A stretch of DNA of 63,992 bases, filler included, from 3 parts of 3 records of this genome joined end to end with filler, not necessarily neighbours in it, one strand, 5' to 3'. Shown: positions 50,354-59,889, counted from the whole stretch's first letter. Translations and numbers: made by a program. The notes: generated by a model not told the origin, from the letters alone.

Positions 50354-51736
50354 ATGAGACAATTCTTCAAACCTTCCACCCTGGCGGTTTTTGGTGTGGC
50401 GGACAGTTCGAGAAATTTAGCCAAAAACATTATTTCAAATTCAATTGCCATGGGTTTTAAAGGCTCAATTTATCCGGTTGGGCGGGAAAAGGGGATTGTG
50501 CATGGAAAGAGAATCATCACCAACCCCGACGCTTTACCCGAGGGGATTGATTTGGCGGTTATTTTGGTTCCCGCCAGGTTTGCGGCGGAAACCCTGGAGA
50601 CCTGCGGAAAAAAGGGGATACACCATGCCGTCATTTCCACCGGAGGGTTTCGTGAATTCAAGGAGCGGGATAACCATGCGGAGCGGGATATCATCCGTAT
50701 GGCCAGGAAATATCATATTCGATTTATCGGCCCCAACTGCATCGGCGTCATATGCACCGCCAGCGGCCTTTGCACGCCGTTCAATCCCATGCGGTCCAAA
50801 AGTTTCAAGGAGGGGTCCGTGGGTCTGATTGTTCAGAGCGGCGGCGTAACCACGCAAGCGGCCTATCTTTTTTCCGAAGAACATGTGGGCTTTTCAAAAA
50901 TCATCAGCATGGGCAATAAGTTGGATTTAAACGAAATCGATTTTCTGAAATACCTCATGGAAGATGACGATACGGATCAGATTCACATGTATCTGGAGAG
51001 CATTGAAGACGGAAAGAAACTGATAACCTTGGCCCGGAAATCGAAAAAACCGATTGTCATATTCAAGTCCAATGTGAGCAAAACGGCTTCCGGAGTTGCC
51101 TATTCCCATACGGCCGCACTTTCAAACGATGACCGGATTGTGGACTGCGCCTTGAAACAGGCCGGGGTTTTGCGCGTGCACGATCTATCCCATATGCCCG
51201 TTGCGGCCAAAGCGCTTCAACTCCCCCCCTTGAAAGGGGATCGCTTGGCGGTCATATCCATGTCGGGCGGGTTTTCCGTCATTCTGGGGGATGCCTGTGA
51301 AAGGCATGGGTTTTCATGCCCTCCGCTGCCCAATGAACTTATCAACAAGATTGAGAGTTTTCGACGGGCAGGGGTCATCCGCATGTCAAACCCCATGGAT
51401 TTCGGCGATGTCCACGATATCGGTGCCCTGGTATTCACGCTGAGGCAATGTCTGGCATTGGATCATATCGACGGCCTCGTGTTGTCGTTCATGTATGAAC
51501 CTGAAATGGCCAGGATATTCGGCGGGGAAATGGCCAGTCCCGGGCAGATGCTGAAATTCATGGGAAAGCTATGTCAGGAGAACAACAAGCCCATAGCGCT
51601 CAGCTTTTTTTCCGAGCGGCAATACATTGAGAACTTTAACCGGCTCAATACATTCCCTGTTTTCAATGACCCGGTGGAGAGCGTCAGGGGGTTGCGTCTG
51701 CTGCGGGACTACCGGCGAGGGGAGCGGAAACAATGA
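50354..51736 (+). CDS. ADP-forming acyl-CoA synthetase alpha-subunit-like protein
   Basis: FFKPSTLAVFG, IGPNCIG, VQSGG, SMGNKLDLNE, phospho-His motif SHTAAL; no ATP-grasp domain. Confidence 0.85.
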   Translation: MRQFFKPSTLAVFGVADSSRNLAKNIISNSIAMGFKGSIYPVGREKGIVHGKRIITNPDALPEGIDLAVILVPARFAAETLETCGKKGIHHAVISTGGFREFKERDNHAERDIIRMARKYHIRFIGPNCIGVICTASGLCTPFNPMRSKSFKEGSVGLIVQSGGVTTQAAYLFSEEHVGFSKIISMGNKLDLNEIDFLKYLMEDDDTDQIHMYLESIEDGKKLITLARKSKKPIVIFKSNVSKTASGVAYSHTAALSNDDRIVDCALKQAGVLRVHDLSHMPVAAKALQLPPLKGDRLAVISMSGGFSVILGDACERHGFSCPPLPNELINKIESFRRAGVIRMSNPMDFGDVHDIGALVFTLRQCLALDHIDGLVLSFMYEPEMARIFGGEMASPGQMLKFMGKLCQENNKPIALSFFSERQYIENFNRLNTFPVFNDPVESVRGLRLLRDYRRGERKQ

Positions 51737-51788
51737 TTAGAAAAGGGCCTTAGCCGTCTAAAATGGGTCATTTTTTTTGCCGAAGCCC

Positions 51789-53474
51789 TTACTTCCCGTT
51801 GATGATTTTTTCATAGGCCGGCTCAAATTCCTTCCAGATACTCAATCCGATGCGATTTTGTGTCTCCACAATCTCTTCCAGTACCTTTCTGTTGATCAGG
51901 GGATTCATGAGCACCGCCCTCAACACCACAATGTTCTGGGGCCTGTAGCGGGTGGATTCCAAGGTGGTTCGGGAAACAAAGGTGGTATCGTCCCGTCTGA
52001 GGGCTTTGTGTAGTTTGATGTTCAGACCGTTCACGAGAAAATTGATTTTTCTGATTTTTTGTTCGGATTCCTTTTTTTCCTTCCCCTTTTTGGATGCGGC
52101 CGTTTTTTCCAGAGCGGCCATGTGAGATTTCAGGGTCTCCGGCAGAAAACGGTAGGTCAGAATAAACAGGTCGGGATCGTTCAGCGCTTCGAAATTGCCG
52201 CAATGGATGATCATGTTGAGCAGGTTTTCCGTTGCCTTTTGCGCCTGCTTCATGAGGATGCCATACCCCTCCCGTCCGATTATTTTCAGGGAAGCCCAGG
52301 GCTTCAAGGCGGCAAAAGGCCTGGAGCCTTCAACCGTAAAGCGGCCCGTATCCACGGAATTCCGTCTGATAATATATTTTGAGGAATGCCTTATGGTATT
52401 GAGATCTTTTTCGTTTCTGAAAAGGATAAGCCCCATGCTCATGGGACAGTAAAGCAGCTTGTGGGCGTCAATGGATACGGAATCCGCCTTTGAAATACCC
52501 TTGAACAGGTCCCGGTAATCATCCGCCAGCAGGGCCGAGCCACCCCAGCAGGCATCCACGTGGAAGTAAGCCCCTGTTTCACGGGCAATTTCCCCCAATG
52601 CCTCAAGGTCGTCCACGTTGCCGGTCTCGGTTGTGCCGGCAATACCCACAATGGCGATGATCTTGGTCCTTGATCCGTTTTCATTAAGCGAATCCACCCT
52701 CCGGCGAAGGCGGTTTAAATTGATCCTGTTTTTTTCATCAACGGGAATGGTGATGACATTTTCTTCGCCCAGCCCCAGCAGATTGGCCGCCTTTTTGATG
52801 GAATAATGTCCCCGTGTGGAGACCATGACAACGCCCCTGTCATATCCATGATGTTGAAGGGCACGATACATGCCCGCCATGCGGAAACCGGGGAACCCCC
52901 CCTCCGGGGGGAAAGCCTTTTCCCTGGCAACCAGAAGCGCCGTTACATTTGCCAGGGTGCCGTCAGAGGTGACATTCCCCAATGCAATGCGGGGGTTCTG
53001 AATGTTTTTTTCATAAAACCGATCCTTGCGGTGAAAGATCACCCGATGAAGCCAGGCCACCAGTTCCCGTTCAACGAAACTGGAAGCTTTAGCGGTTTCA
53101 ATCTTGACCTGGTTCTGGTTCAAGGCTGCGATAATCATTTCCAGCAGGATCATGAAATAGGGAACCGCGCTGATCATGTGCCCGATGTAATAAGGATTCC
53201 CCACTTTGACCGAGTGGGCGATGATCTTGGTTTTGATCTCGGCCAGAACGTCTTTGATGAGTCGGGGTTCATGGGGCAGGGTTTTCTGATTAAAAATGCT
53301 GCTGAGTTCGGGCAAGCTGATGCTGCTGTGAATCCCCCCTTTCTCCTGAAAAAAATCATGAATCATCTCAAGGAGTTCGTGCCCGAATTCAATGAATTTA
53401 TCCGGAGAATCGGGCATGATGAAGAGTTTTCGAAGGTACTCCAGATTGGACTTTACTCTGGTTGGTTCATTCAT
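51789..53474 (-). CDS. panP: PLP-dependent aspartate 1-decarboxylase (PanP-like)
   Basis: YIGHM, LNQNQVKIETAKA, GIAGTTETGNVD, HVDACWGG, DAHK, EGSRP, FVSRT. Confidence 0.82.
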   Translation of the reverse strand: MNEPTRVKSNLEYLRKLFIMPDSPDKFIEFGHELLEMIHDFFQEKGGIHSSISLPELSSIFNQKTLPHEPRLIKDVLAEIKTKIIAHSVKVGNPYYIGHMISAVPYFMILLEMIIAALNQNQVKIETAKASSFVERELVAWLHRVIFHRKDRFYEKNIQNPRIALGNVTSDGTLANVTALLVAREKAFPPEGGFPGFRMAGMYRALQHHGYDRGVVMVSTRGHYSIKKAANLLGLGEENVITIPVDEKNRINLNRLRRRVDSLNENGSRTKIIAIVGIAGTTETGNVDDLEALGEIARETGAYFHVDACWGGSALLADDYRDLFKGISKADSVSIDAHKLLYCPMSMGLILFRNEKDLNTIRHSSKYIIRRNSVDTGRFTVEGSRPFAALKPWASLKIIGREGYGILMKQAQKATENLLNMIIHCGNFEALNDPDLFILTYRFLPETLKSHMAALEKTAASKKGKEKKESEQKIRKINFLVNGLNIKLHKALRRDDTTFVSRTTLESTRYRPQNIVVLRAVLMNPLINRKVLEEIVETQNRIGLSIWKEFEPAYEKIINGK

Positions 53475-53505
53475 TGGGAGCTTCTTTCCTATGGGAAACG
53501 GGACT

Positions 53506-54435
53506 CTATTTTGCCGGAATCGCCAGCATCCTCTCCACTGCCGCTTTGGCCCGGACCCTGACCTTTTCGCTGACCCTTACTTCCGGATGCATATTTTCAA
53601 GGGCAAGTTGAATCTGAATTAACCCGATCTTTTTCATATCGGGACAGATCATGCCCGGATCGGCCGGAATAAATGTTTTTAGAGGGTTGGCTTTTTTAAG
53701 GGGATGAAGGATGCCCACCTCCGTGCCGATAATAAATTCCCGCTTGTTGGAATGTGCCGCATAAGCAAGGATACCCGAGGTACTTTTGATTTCATCGGCG
53801 AGGGCAAGGATTTCCGGGGGACATTCCGGGTGGGCAAGGAAGGGCGCCCCCGGATGGGCGCTTTTCACTTTCAGTACCTGTTCCACCCTCAGGTTGTTAT
53901 GGATGGGACAATATCCGTTCCAGTATCGGATGTCCCGTCCGCTCCGGCTCAAAGCGTACTGTGCCAGATTCCTGTCCGGTGTCATGAAGATCGGTTGTTC
54001 AGGGGGCACGGAGTCGGCCACCTGAATCACATTGGCCGAGGTACAACATATATCGCTTTCCGCCTTGACGTCGGCGCTGGTATTCACATAGCTAATCACC
54101 ATGGATTCCGGCATTTCCTTCTTCTTCGCCACCAAACCCTTGGCCGTGATCATATCCGCCATGGGACAACCCGCATCGGAGGCCGGAAGGAGAATCGTCT
54201 TTTCCGGACAGAGAATGGAGGCGGTCTCCGCCATGAAATGAACACCACAGAATACAATCACATCCGCATCCGTTTGAGATGCCTTAATAGACAGCTCCAA
54301 CGAATCACCGCAAATATCTGCAATATCTTGTATTTCAGGTGGCTCATAGTTGTGTGCCAAGAGGATGGCATTTCTCTTCTTCAGCAGATTTTGAATGGAC
54401 GTCTTGATCTCTTCCCGATCTTCCCATTGATTCAT
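53506..54435 (-). CDS. nadA: quinolinate synthase
   Basis: LAHNY, FCGVHFMAE, GCPMAD, YVNTSA, CPIH, AHPEC, CPDMKK. Start is approximate. Confidence 0.94.
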   Translation of the reverse strand: MNQWEDREEIKTSIQNLLKKRNAILLAHNYEPPEIQDIADICGDSLELSIKASQTDADVIVFCGVHFMAETASILCPEKTILLPASDAGCPMADMITAKGLVAKKKEMPESMVISYVNTSADVKAESDICCTSANVIQVADSVPPEQPIFMTPDRNLAQYALSRSGRDIRYWNGYCPIHNNLRVEQVLKVKSAHPGAPFLAHPECPPEILALADEIKSTSGILAYAAHSNKREFIIGTEVGILHPLKKANPLKTFIPADPGMICPDMKKIGLIQIQLALENMHPEVRVSEKVRVRAKAAVERMLAIPAK

Positions 54436-54484
54436 GGCTCCGTTCATGGTGATCCGTCTCCCAGAAAAATCCGACATTAAACCC

Positions 54485-55135
54485 CTAAGACACCAACTCA
54501 CAATAGGGTCGCAACATTTTTGTTTCAATCAACCCTTCCCTCAGAACAGCGTGGGGTCGGGTGGTCATATCCAGAACCGTCGAAGGCTTTTGGCCCGGCG
54601 TTTCACCACCATCCAGTATCCGGTCTACACTTTTTCCAAGAGCCGATGCCACCCCATGGGATGTATTGCAGGGGGGGGACCCTGAAATATTGGCACTGGT
54701 GCCCGTAATGGCAGAACCCGTGGCTTGGGCCAGGGCCGTGGCAACGGGGTGGCTCGATAACCGGATGCCGATTTTACCCGTTCCGGCCGTGAGCAGCATG
54801 GAAACATCTTTTTGAGCTTCAAAAACCAAGGTTAATCCCCCCGGCCAGAAAGCATCCATGAGCCGTTTGGCCGTTTCCGGAACACTCGCTGCATACCGTT
54901 TTAGATGTTCAACGGAAGGGAGCAGAAGCAATACCGGTTTACCCGGCTCTCTTTTTTTCACTCGAAAAAGGCGCAAAATGGCCGTTTCATTGTGGGCATC
55001 CGCTGCCAGCCCGTAAAAAGACTCCGTCGGGTAGGCCACAAGCCCCCCCGATTTGAGGATTTCCGCCGCTTCCGCCGCCTGCATTTTCAGATGGTTTCCT
55101 GAAAGTTCCATTGGAAAACCGTCAACGGTCGCCAT
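54485..55135 (-). CDS. tsaC: L-threonylcarbamoyladenylate synthase (YrdC/TsaC)
   Basis: [33 protein letters not shown]. Confidence 0.9.
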   Translation of the reverse strand: MATVDGFPMELSGNHLKMQAAEAAEILKSGGLVAYPTESFYGLAADAHNETAILRLFRVKKREPGKPVLLLLPSVEHLKRYAASVPETAKRLMDAFWPGGLTLVFEAQKDVSMLLTAGTGKIGIRLSSHPVATALAQATGSAITGTSANISGSPPCNTSHGVASALGKSVDRILDGGETPGQKPSTVLDMTTRPHAVLREGLIETKMLRPYCELVS

Positions 55136-55631
55136 TTTCCCAGGAATCGATTCTCTCCGATGCGGCCCGGGTCAAGGCCTTTCGATGGCGCGCCACTTCA
55201 TCGGCCACAGAAGGGTATTTCAAGCCCAGGATCTGGGCCCCCAGCACGGCCGCGTTTTTTGCCCCCCCCTTCCCCAGGGCCACGGTGGCAACCGGAATAC
55301 CCGACGGCATCTGGACCGTGGACAATAAAGCGTCCATGCCGTTGAGCGGCGATGAGTCGATGGGGATGCCGATTACCGGCAGGGTGGTCTGGGCCGCGAC
55401 GGCGCCGGCCAGGTGAGCCGCCCATCCGGCCCCCGCAATGATGACTTGAATCCCACGTCCGGCGGCCGTTGCCGCATACTGTCGGGTCTGCTCCGGACTC
55501 CTGTGGGCAGACAGGATCTTTACTTCATGGGGGATTTCCATTTCCGTCAATAGGTCAACGCAACCCTTCATGACGTCCGCATCGGAAGCGCTTCCCATGA
55601 TTACACCGATCAAAGGTTTATCTGAATCCAT
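55122..55631 (-). CDS. purE: N5-CAIR mutase
   Basis: [33 protein letters not shown]. Confidence 0.95.
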   Translation of the reverse strand: MDSDKPLIGVIMGSASDADVMKGCVDLLTEMEIPHEVKILSAHRSPEQTRQYAATAAGRGIQVIIAGAGWAAHLAGAVAAQTTLPVIGIPIDSSPLNGMDALLSTVQMPSGIPVATVALGKGGAKNAAVLGAQILGLKYPSVADEVARHRKALTRAASERIDSWENGDR

Positions 55632-55650
55632 AATTTCACCTCCAAAATAG

Positions 55651-56283
55651 TTATTTGCCGGCCGCCATTCCCAACAGCGGGTAAATAATCATTCCCGCCA
55701 ACCAGGCGATGTCTTCCGCTGAGAGAAGCCGGGACACGGTTCGGTCGAACAGTATGGTTCCTTCCGGGGGGAATTCATCATCCCCTTTCCACAGGATTAA
55801 AGCCACCGGAATCAGGGGCAGGGCTTGTATGGCTACCCCCACATCTCCCTGGTCCAACGGTGTGGCCCCATATGCCTCTTTTGCCAGCTTCACCAACAGT
55901 TCAGGATTGTTTCCAAAGCCCTGTACCATGGGGTTCTTGGCCCGCCTCACGAAAGCATCCAGATAAAACTTGCCGTCCGGTACTTCCTGATAGGCAATCC
56001 ATTCCCCGGATATTTTCACATGGTTCGCCAGATTCAGATAGTGTAGGAGCAGAACCTGCTGCTGAACGGACACTTCCCCGTGGTCAACCCTGTAGGAAAA
56101 AACCAGTTCGGGCCAGGTAATGTCAATTGTTTTGTTTAAAAAATCAATGGAAAGAACGGCATCCCCATGGTCCCCCTGAACATAGCGTGCGCCGCTCAGC
56201 GCAGCGATCCGTTCAGGATCATTTCCCATGAGTTCATTCTTTCCAATCTCCACCGCTTTTATGTAATCATCAACTCTGGCCAC
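55651..56283 (-). CDS. DUF3786 family protein
   Basis: LLHYL, WIAYQEVPDG, LWKGDDEFPP, ILFD, EDIAWL. Confidence 0.8.
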   Translation of the reverse strand: MARVDDYIKAVEIGKNELMGNDPERIAALSGARYVQGDHGDAVLSIDFLNKTIDITWPELVFSYRVDHGEVSVQQQVLLLHYLNLANHVKISGEWIAYQEVPDGKFYLDAFVRRAKNPMVQGFGNNPELLVKLAKEAYGATPLDQGDVGVAIQALPLIPVALILWKGDDEFPPEGTILFDRTVSRLLSAEDIAWLAGMIIYPLLGMAAGK

Positions 56284-56417
56284 TGTTATACTCTCCAGGC
56301 AATTATTTTTATAAGACCAAATCGATCAATTTTGTGTTATAAAAAAATATGGTCAAGAATTTCAAGTCAAATCCTGCCTCTTGCTGAAGCGAGGATACTG
56401 ATACAAGGACAAAAAGA

Positions 56418-57158
56418 ATGTCTCGCCGGAAGAAAAAGGTTAAAAAGGATGCGCCGAAAGGGCTAAAACGTCCCCCTAAAGAGGCGCTGTGGAACCCTGC
56501 ATTTCACAACTTGAAAGAGTTGAAGAAAAGCACGGGTCAGGCTTTTGAAACCTCCCGGGAAGGGGCGCATCAGAAAAAGAGGACCGGAAAGGGTGTTGTA
56601 TCCGAAGATGAGCGCTTGTTTTCCGAAGCCATGACCGGTGTCTCCCCCATATCCGGGGGAAACCGGAAGATTATGAAAGTCCCCGACAAGGATTCCCTAC
56701 GGCCGGCCCATGCGCCGAAAAATGAGGACCTGGAAGTCATGGCGCATCTTTCCGACCTTATCAGCGGCGCCGCTGAAATGGACATCACCTTCAGCGACGA
56801 ATATGTTGAAGGTTGCGTGAAAGGGCTCGACCCCAGGCTCATGCAGCAGTTGAAGGATGGTCTTCTCCCCATCCAGGATTATGTGGATTTGCACCGTTTA
56901 ACCCAAGAAGCCGCCGAGACACGCATCAGGGATTTTTTATTGAACTGCCAGGGCCGTGGATTAAGATGCGTGCTCATTGTGCACGGAAAAGGCTTGAATT
57001 CGGAAAATCATATTCCCGTATTGAAGAAGCGGATGCCCTTATGGTTGAGCCGGGGGCCTGTTCGAAAAATCATTTTGGCTTTCTCCACCGCCAGACCATA
57101 CGATGGCGGAACGGGGGCCATTTACGTATTGCTGAAACGCTCAAAAGGAGGGTTATAA
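56418..57158 (+). CDS. Smr-domain endonuclease (SmrA/SmrB-like)
   Basis: LFSEAMTGVSPI N-terminal motif, VDLH, IVHGKGLNS, GGTGAIYVLL. Confidence 0.88.
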   Translation: MSRRKKKVKKDAPKGLKRPPKEALWNPAFHNLKELKKSTGQAFETSREGAHQKKRTGKGVVSEDERLFSEAMTGVSPISGGNRKIMKVPDKDSLRPAHAPKNEDLEVMAHLSDLISGAAEMDITFSDEYVEGCVKGLDPRLMQQLKDGLLPIQDYVDLHRLTQEAAETRIRDFLLNCQGRGLRCVLIVHGKGLNSENHIPVLKKRMPLWLSRGPVRKIILAFSTARPYDGGTGAIYVLLKRSKGGL

Positions 57159-57163
57159 CAACC

Positions 57164-58207
57164 ATGAAACTGGGAATTGCGGGACGGCCTCAGGCGGGGA
57201 AATCGACCTTATTCGCCGCATTGACCGGCGCCAGGGGAGATGATACCCCTGGAAATTCGCATAAAGACACAAGAATCGCCACCATTACGGTTTTAGATGA
57301 ACGCATCGATTTTCTGGTGGAAATGTACCGGCCCAAGAAAATCGCCTACGCTAAAATTGAATATCTGCTCCCTTCACGGATTCCGGGTGTTTCCGATACA
57401 AAATCCGAAGGAGAATTCTGGAATCAGATCCGCGTATGTGACGGCCTTTTGCACGTGGTACGCAATTTTGAAGACATGGGGTCCGGCCCTGCAGACAGTG
57501 AGGCGGATTTCCAACAGGTTGAAGAGGAGATGATTTTAAGTGATTTAGGGGTGGTGGAAAAACGGTTGGAGCGGATTGCGCTGGACTTGAAAAGGGGTAA
57601 GAAGCAGGGGGAGCCGGAAATACCGCTGTTGAACACATGCCGGGAGATGCTGGAAGAAGGAGAACCGCTCAGAAATAAGCCGGAAATCTCAACCCATCCC
57701 CTTCTTAGGGGATTTACGTTTCTGTCCGCCAAACCGATGCTGGTACTCATCAACAATGGTGATGAAGACGAAAATCTCCCTGAATGGACCCCGGCACATG
57801 AGAATCTCTCCTTCGTGGTTGTGAGGGGCAAACTTGAGATGGATCTTGCGTCCATGACCACCGAAGAAGCGGCGGAATTCCTGGAAGTCTACAATATTCA
57901 GGAATCCGCACTGGACAGGGTTATCAGACATTCATACGGGATGCTCAACCGAATTTCTTTTTTTACGGTGGGTTCCGATGAAGTAAAGGCCTGGCCCATT
58001 CCGGCCGGCATACCGGCCCTGGAAGCGGCGGGAGAGGTGCATTCCGATATCCGGCAGGGCTTTATTCGGGCGGAAGTGGTGGCCTTTGATGACCTGAAGG
58101 CCCAAGGGTCCTTTCAGGCGGCCAAAAAAGCGGGGCTGGTGCGGCTGGAGGGAAAAGAATATGTTGTCAGGGATGGTGATATTATTAACTATCGGTTTAA
58201 TGTATAG
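57164..58207 (+). CDS. YchF/Ola1-like P-loop NTPase, divergent
   Basis: GRPQAGKST, HVVRNF, TGS C-terminus FFTVG..EVKAW...GFIRAEV...RLEGKEYVVRDGDI; AAGGAGG RBS. Confidence 0.88.
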   Translation: MKLGIAGRPQAGKSTLFAALTGARGDDTPGNSHKDTRIATITVLDERIDFLVEMYRPKKIAYAKIEYLLPSRIPGVSDTKSEGEFWNQIRVCDGLLHVVRNFEDMGSGPADSEADFQQVEEEMILSDLGVVEKRLERIALDLKRGKKQGEPEIPLLNTCREMLEEGEPLRNKPEISTHPLLRGFTFLSAKPMLVLINNGDEDENLPEWTPAHENLSFVVVRGKLEMDLASMTTEEAAEFLEVYNIQESALDRVIRHSYGMLNRISFFTVGSDEVKAWPIPAGIPALEAAGEVHSDIRQGFIRAEVVAFDDLKAQGSFQAAKKAGLVRLEGKEYVVRDGDIINYRFNV

Positions 58208-58211
58208 GGGT

Positions 58212-58246
58212 TGGCTCATGGCTCATAGCTGATGGCTGATGGCGAA
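58212..58246. repeat. degenerate 7-bp tandem repeat
   Basis: TGGCTCA TGGCTCA TAGCTGA TGGCTGA TGGCGAA. Confidence 0.7.
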
Positions 58247-58289
58247 CCGCTTTTTTAACGAGTGTCCGTCCACGAATGAGAAAATTTGT

Positions 58290-58389
58290 NNNNNNNNNNN
58301 NNNNNNNNNNNNNNNNNNNNNNNNNNNNNNNNNTTAATTAATTAANNNNNNNNNNNNNNNNNNNNNNNNNNNNNNNNNNNNNNNNNNNN
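58290..58389. other. artificial contig spacer
   Basis: 44 N + TTAATTAATTAA + 44 N. Confidence 0.99.
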
Positions 58390-59833
58390 GAGCGGTTTGC
58401 AGCGCTGAATAGATGGCGAGCGGCAACGTCTTCTGGCCTTCGATGTTGCCCATAAACACGGCCGTCGCGCCGAACTCGCCCAGACTGCGGGCGAAGGCCA
58501 ACACCATGCCGGCAACGACGCCAGGGGCCGCCAGCGGTAGACTCACGAGCAGAAACGTTTTTGCTGGTCCGGCCCCTAACGTATACGACGCTTGTTCCAG
58601 CCCCCGGTCGGCCACCGCCATGGCCACCCGTACGGAGCGTACCATCAAAGGCAAGGCCACGATCGCTGAAGCCAGCGCCGCCGCCTTGAACGTAAACGCC
58701 AATTCGATGCCATATCCCAGACGCAGCCAGCGTCCGACGAAGCCATTGTTGCCCAGAACCAGCAGCAACAAATAGCCCGTGACCACCGGCGGCAGAACGA
58801 GCGGGGCATGAACGAGCCCCTCCACCACCGATTTGCCGAGGAAGTTCTTACGGGCCAGAACATATCCCAAGAAGATACCGGGCCCGGTCAAGAAGAGCAC
58901 CGACACCAGGGCGACCTTCAAGGAGAACCACAGGGCATCGCGCTCCTGCTCCGTTAGCTGCCAGAGCGAAGCGGTGTGTCCTCTGGGCAGTGTGGTTTCC
59001 GTGAAGTCCCGCTCCAGGGTGTCGAAGCCGAACTGCGCCAGCATACCAGACGCCTCCGCACTCGTCAGGAACTCAACGAGCGCGGCGGCCGCGGCTTGAT
59101 GGCCGCGCAACAACGCGATTTGAAACGTGATGGGTTCATGCCACGACTGAGGCAACGTGCCGACCACGTCGACGCGCCCCGAGGCAGCCGCATCGGACTG
59201 ATAGACAATCCCCGCCTCCACCTGGCCGGTTTCGACGAGCCGTAGCGCCGCGCGGACCGAGGGACACGCCACGAACTGGCCCCTCAACGATTCATAAAGG
59301 TCGGCATGTTCCAGCGCCTCCCTGGCATAGATACCCGCCGGGACGTGCTCCGGATCGCCGATCGCTATCTTCCCTGCGAGCGCTGCCAGTCGTAGGGAAA
59401 GGCCTGCCCCACCCGTATCGCTGGATGGGGCAGCGGCCTGCCCTACAAGTGTGGTCTGCTTCGGAACGACCAAAACCAGACGATTATGAGCCCAATCGGC
59501 CCGCGTGTGGGCCGCCATCAACTGTCTTGCGCACGCGTAGTCCATCCACTGCTTGCTGGCGGCAATGTAGATATCCGCCTTGGCGCCGGCCTCCAGTTGG
59601 CGGGCCAGGGTGGAGGACGAAGCGAAGTTCAACCGTGTCTTAACGGCATATTCGGCCTCGTACGCGCGGCAGAGCCGGGTCACCACATCGGTTGCCCCGG
59701 CGGCCGCGAAGACCGTCACCACCGGCTGGCTCGACGTCGGGTTCGCCTCGGGCGAATATGCGCCACCTCGCGTCGCCGACGTCGCCGCGACCAGAGCCAC
59801 CGAGACGCTCAACAGAAGTCTCCGAAATCGCAT
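58390..59833 (-). CDS. modA-modB: fused molybdate-binding protein (ModA) and permease (ModB), 3' end cut by contig edge
   Basis: Signal peptide MRFRRLLL; ModA motifs VFAAAG, ASSSTLARQLEAGA, GDPEHVPAGIYA, GIVYQSDA; then in frame ModB motifs PLVLPPVVTGY, FARSLGEFGAT, TLPLAIY. Confidence 0.88.
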
Positions 59834-59889
59834 TGTGCTGTGAATAGACATCGAATGCACTCTTGTTCATAGTTCCCCCTCCCGACCAC

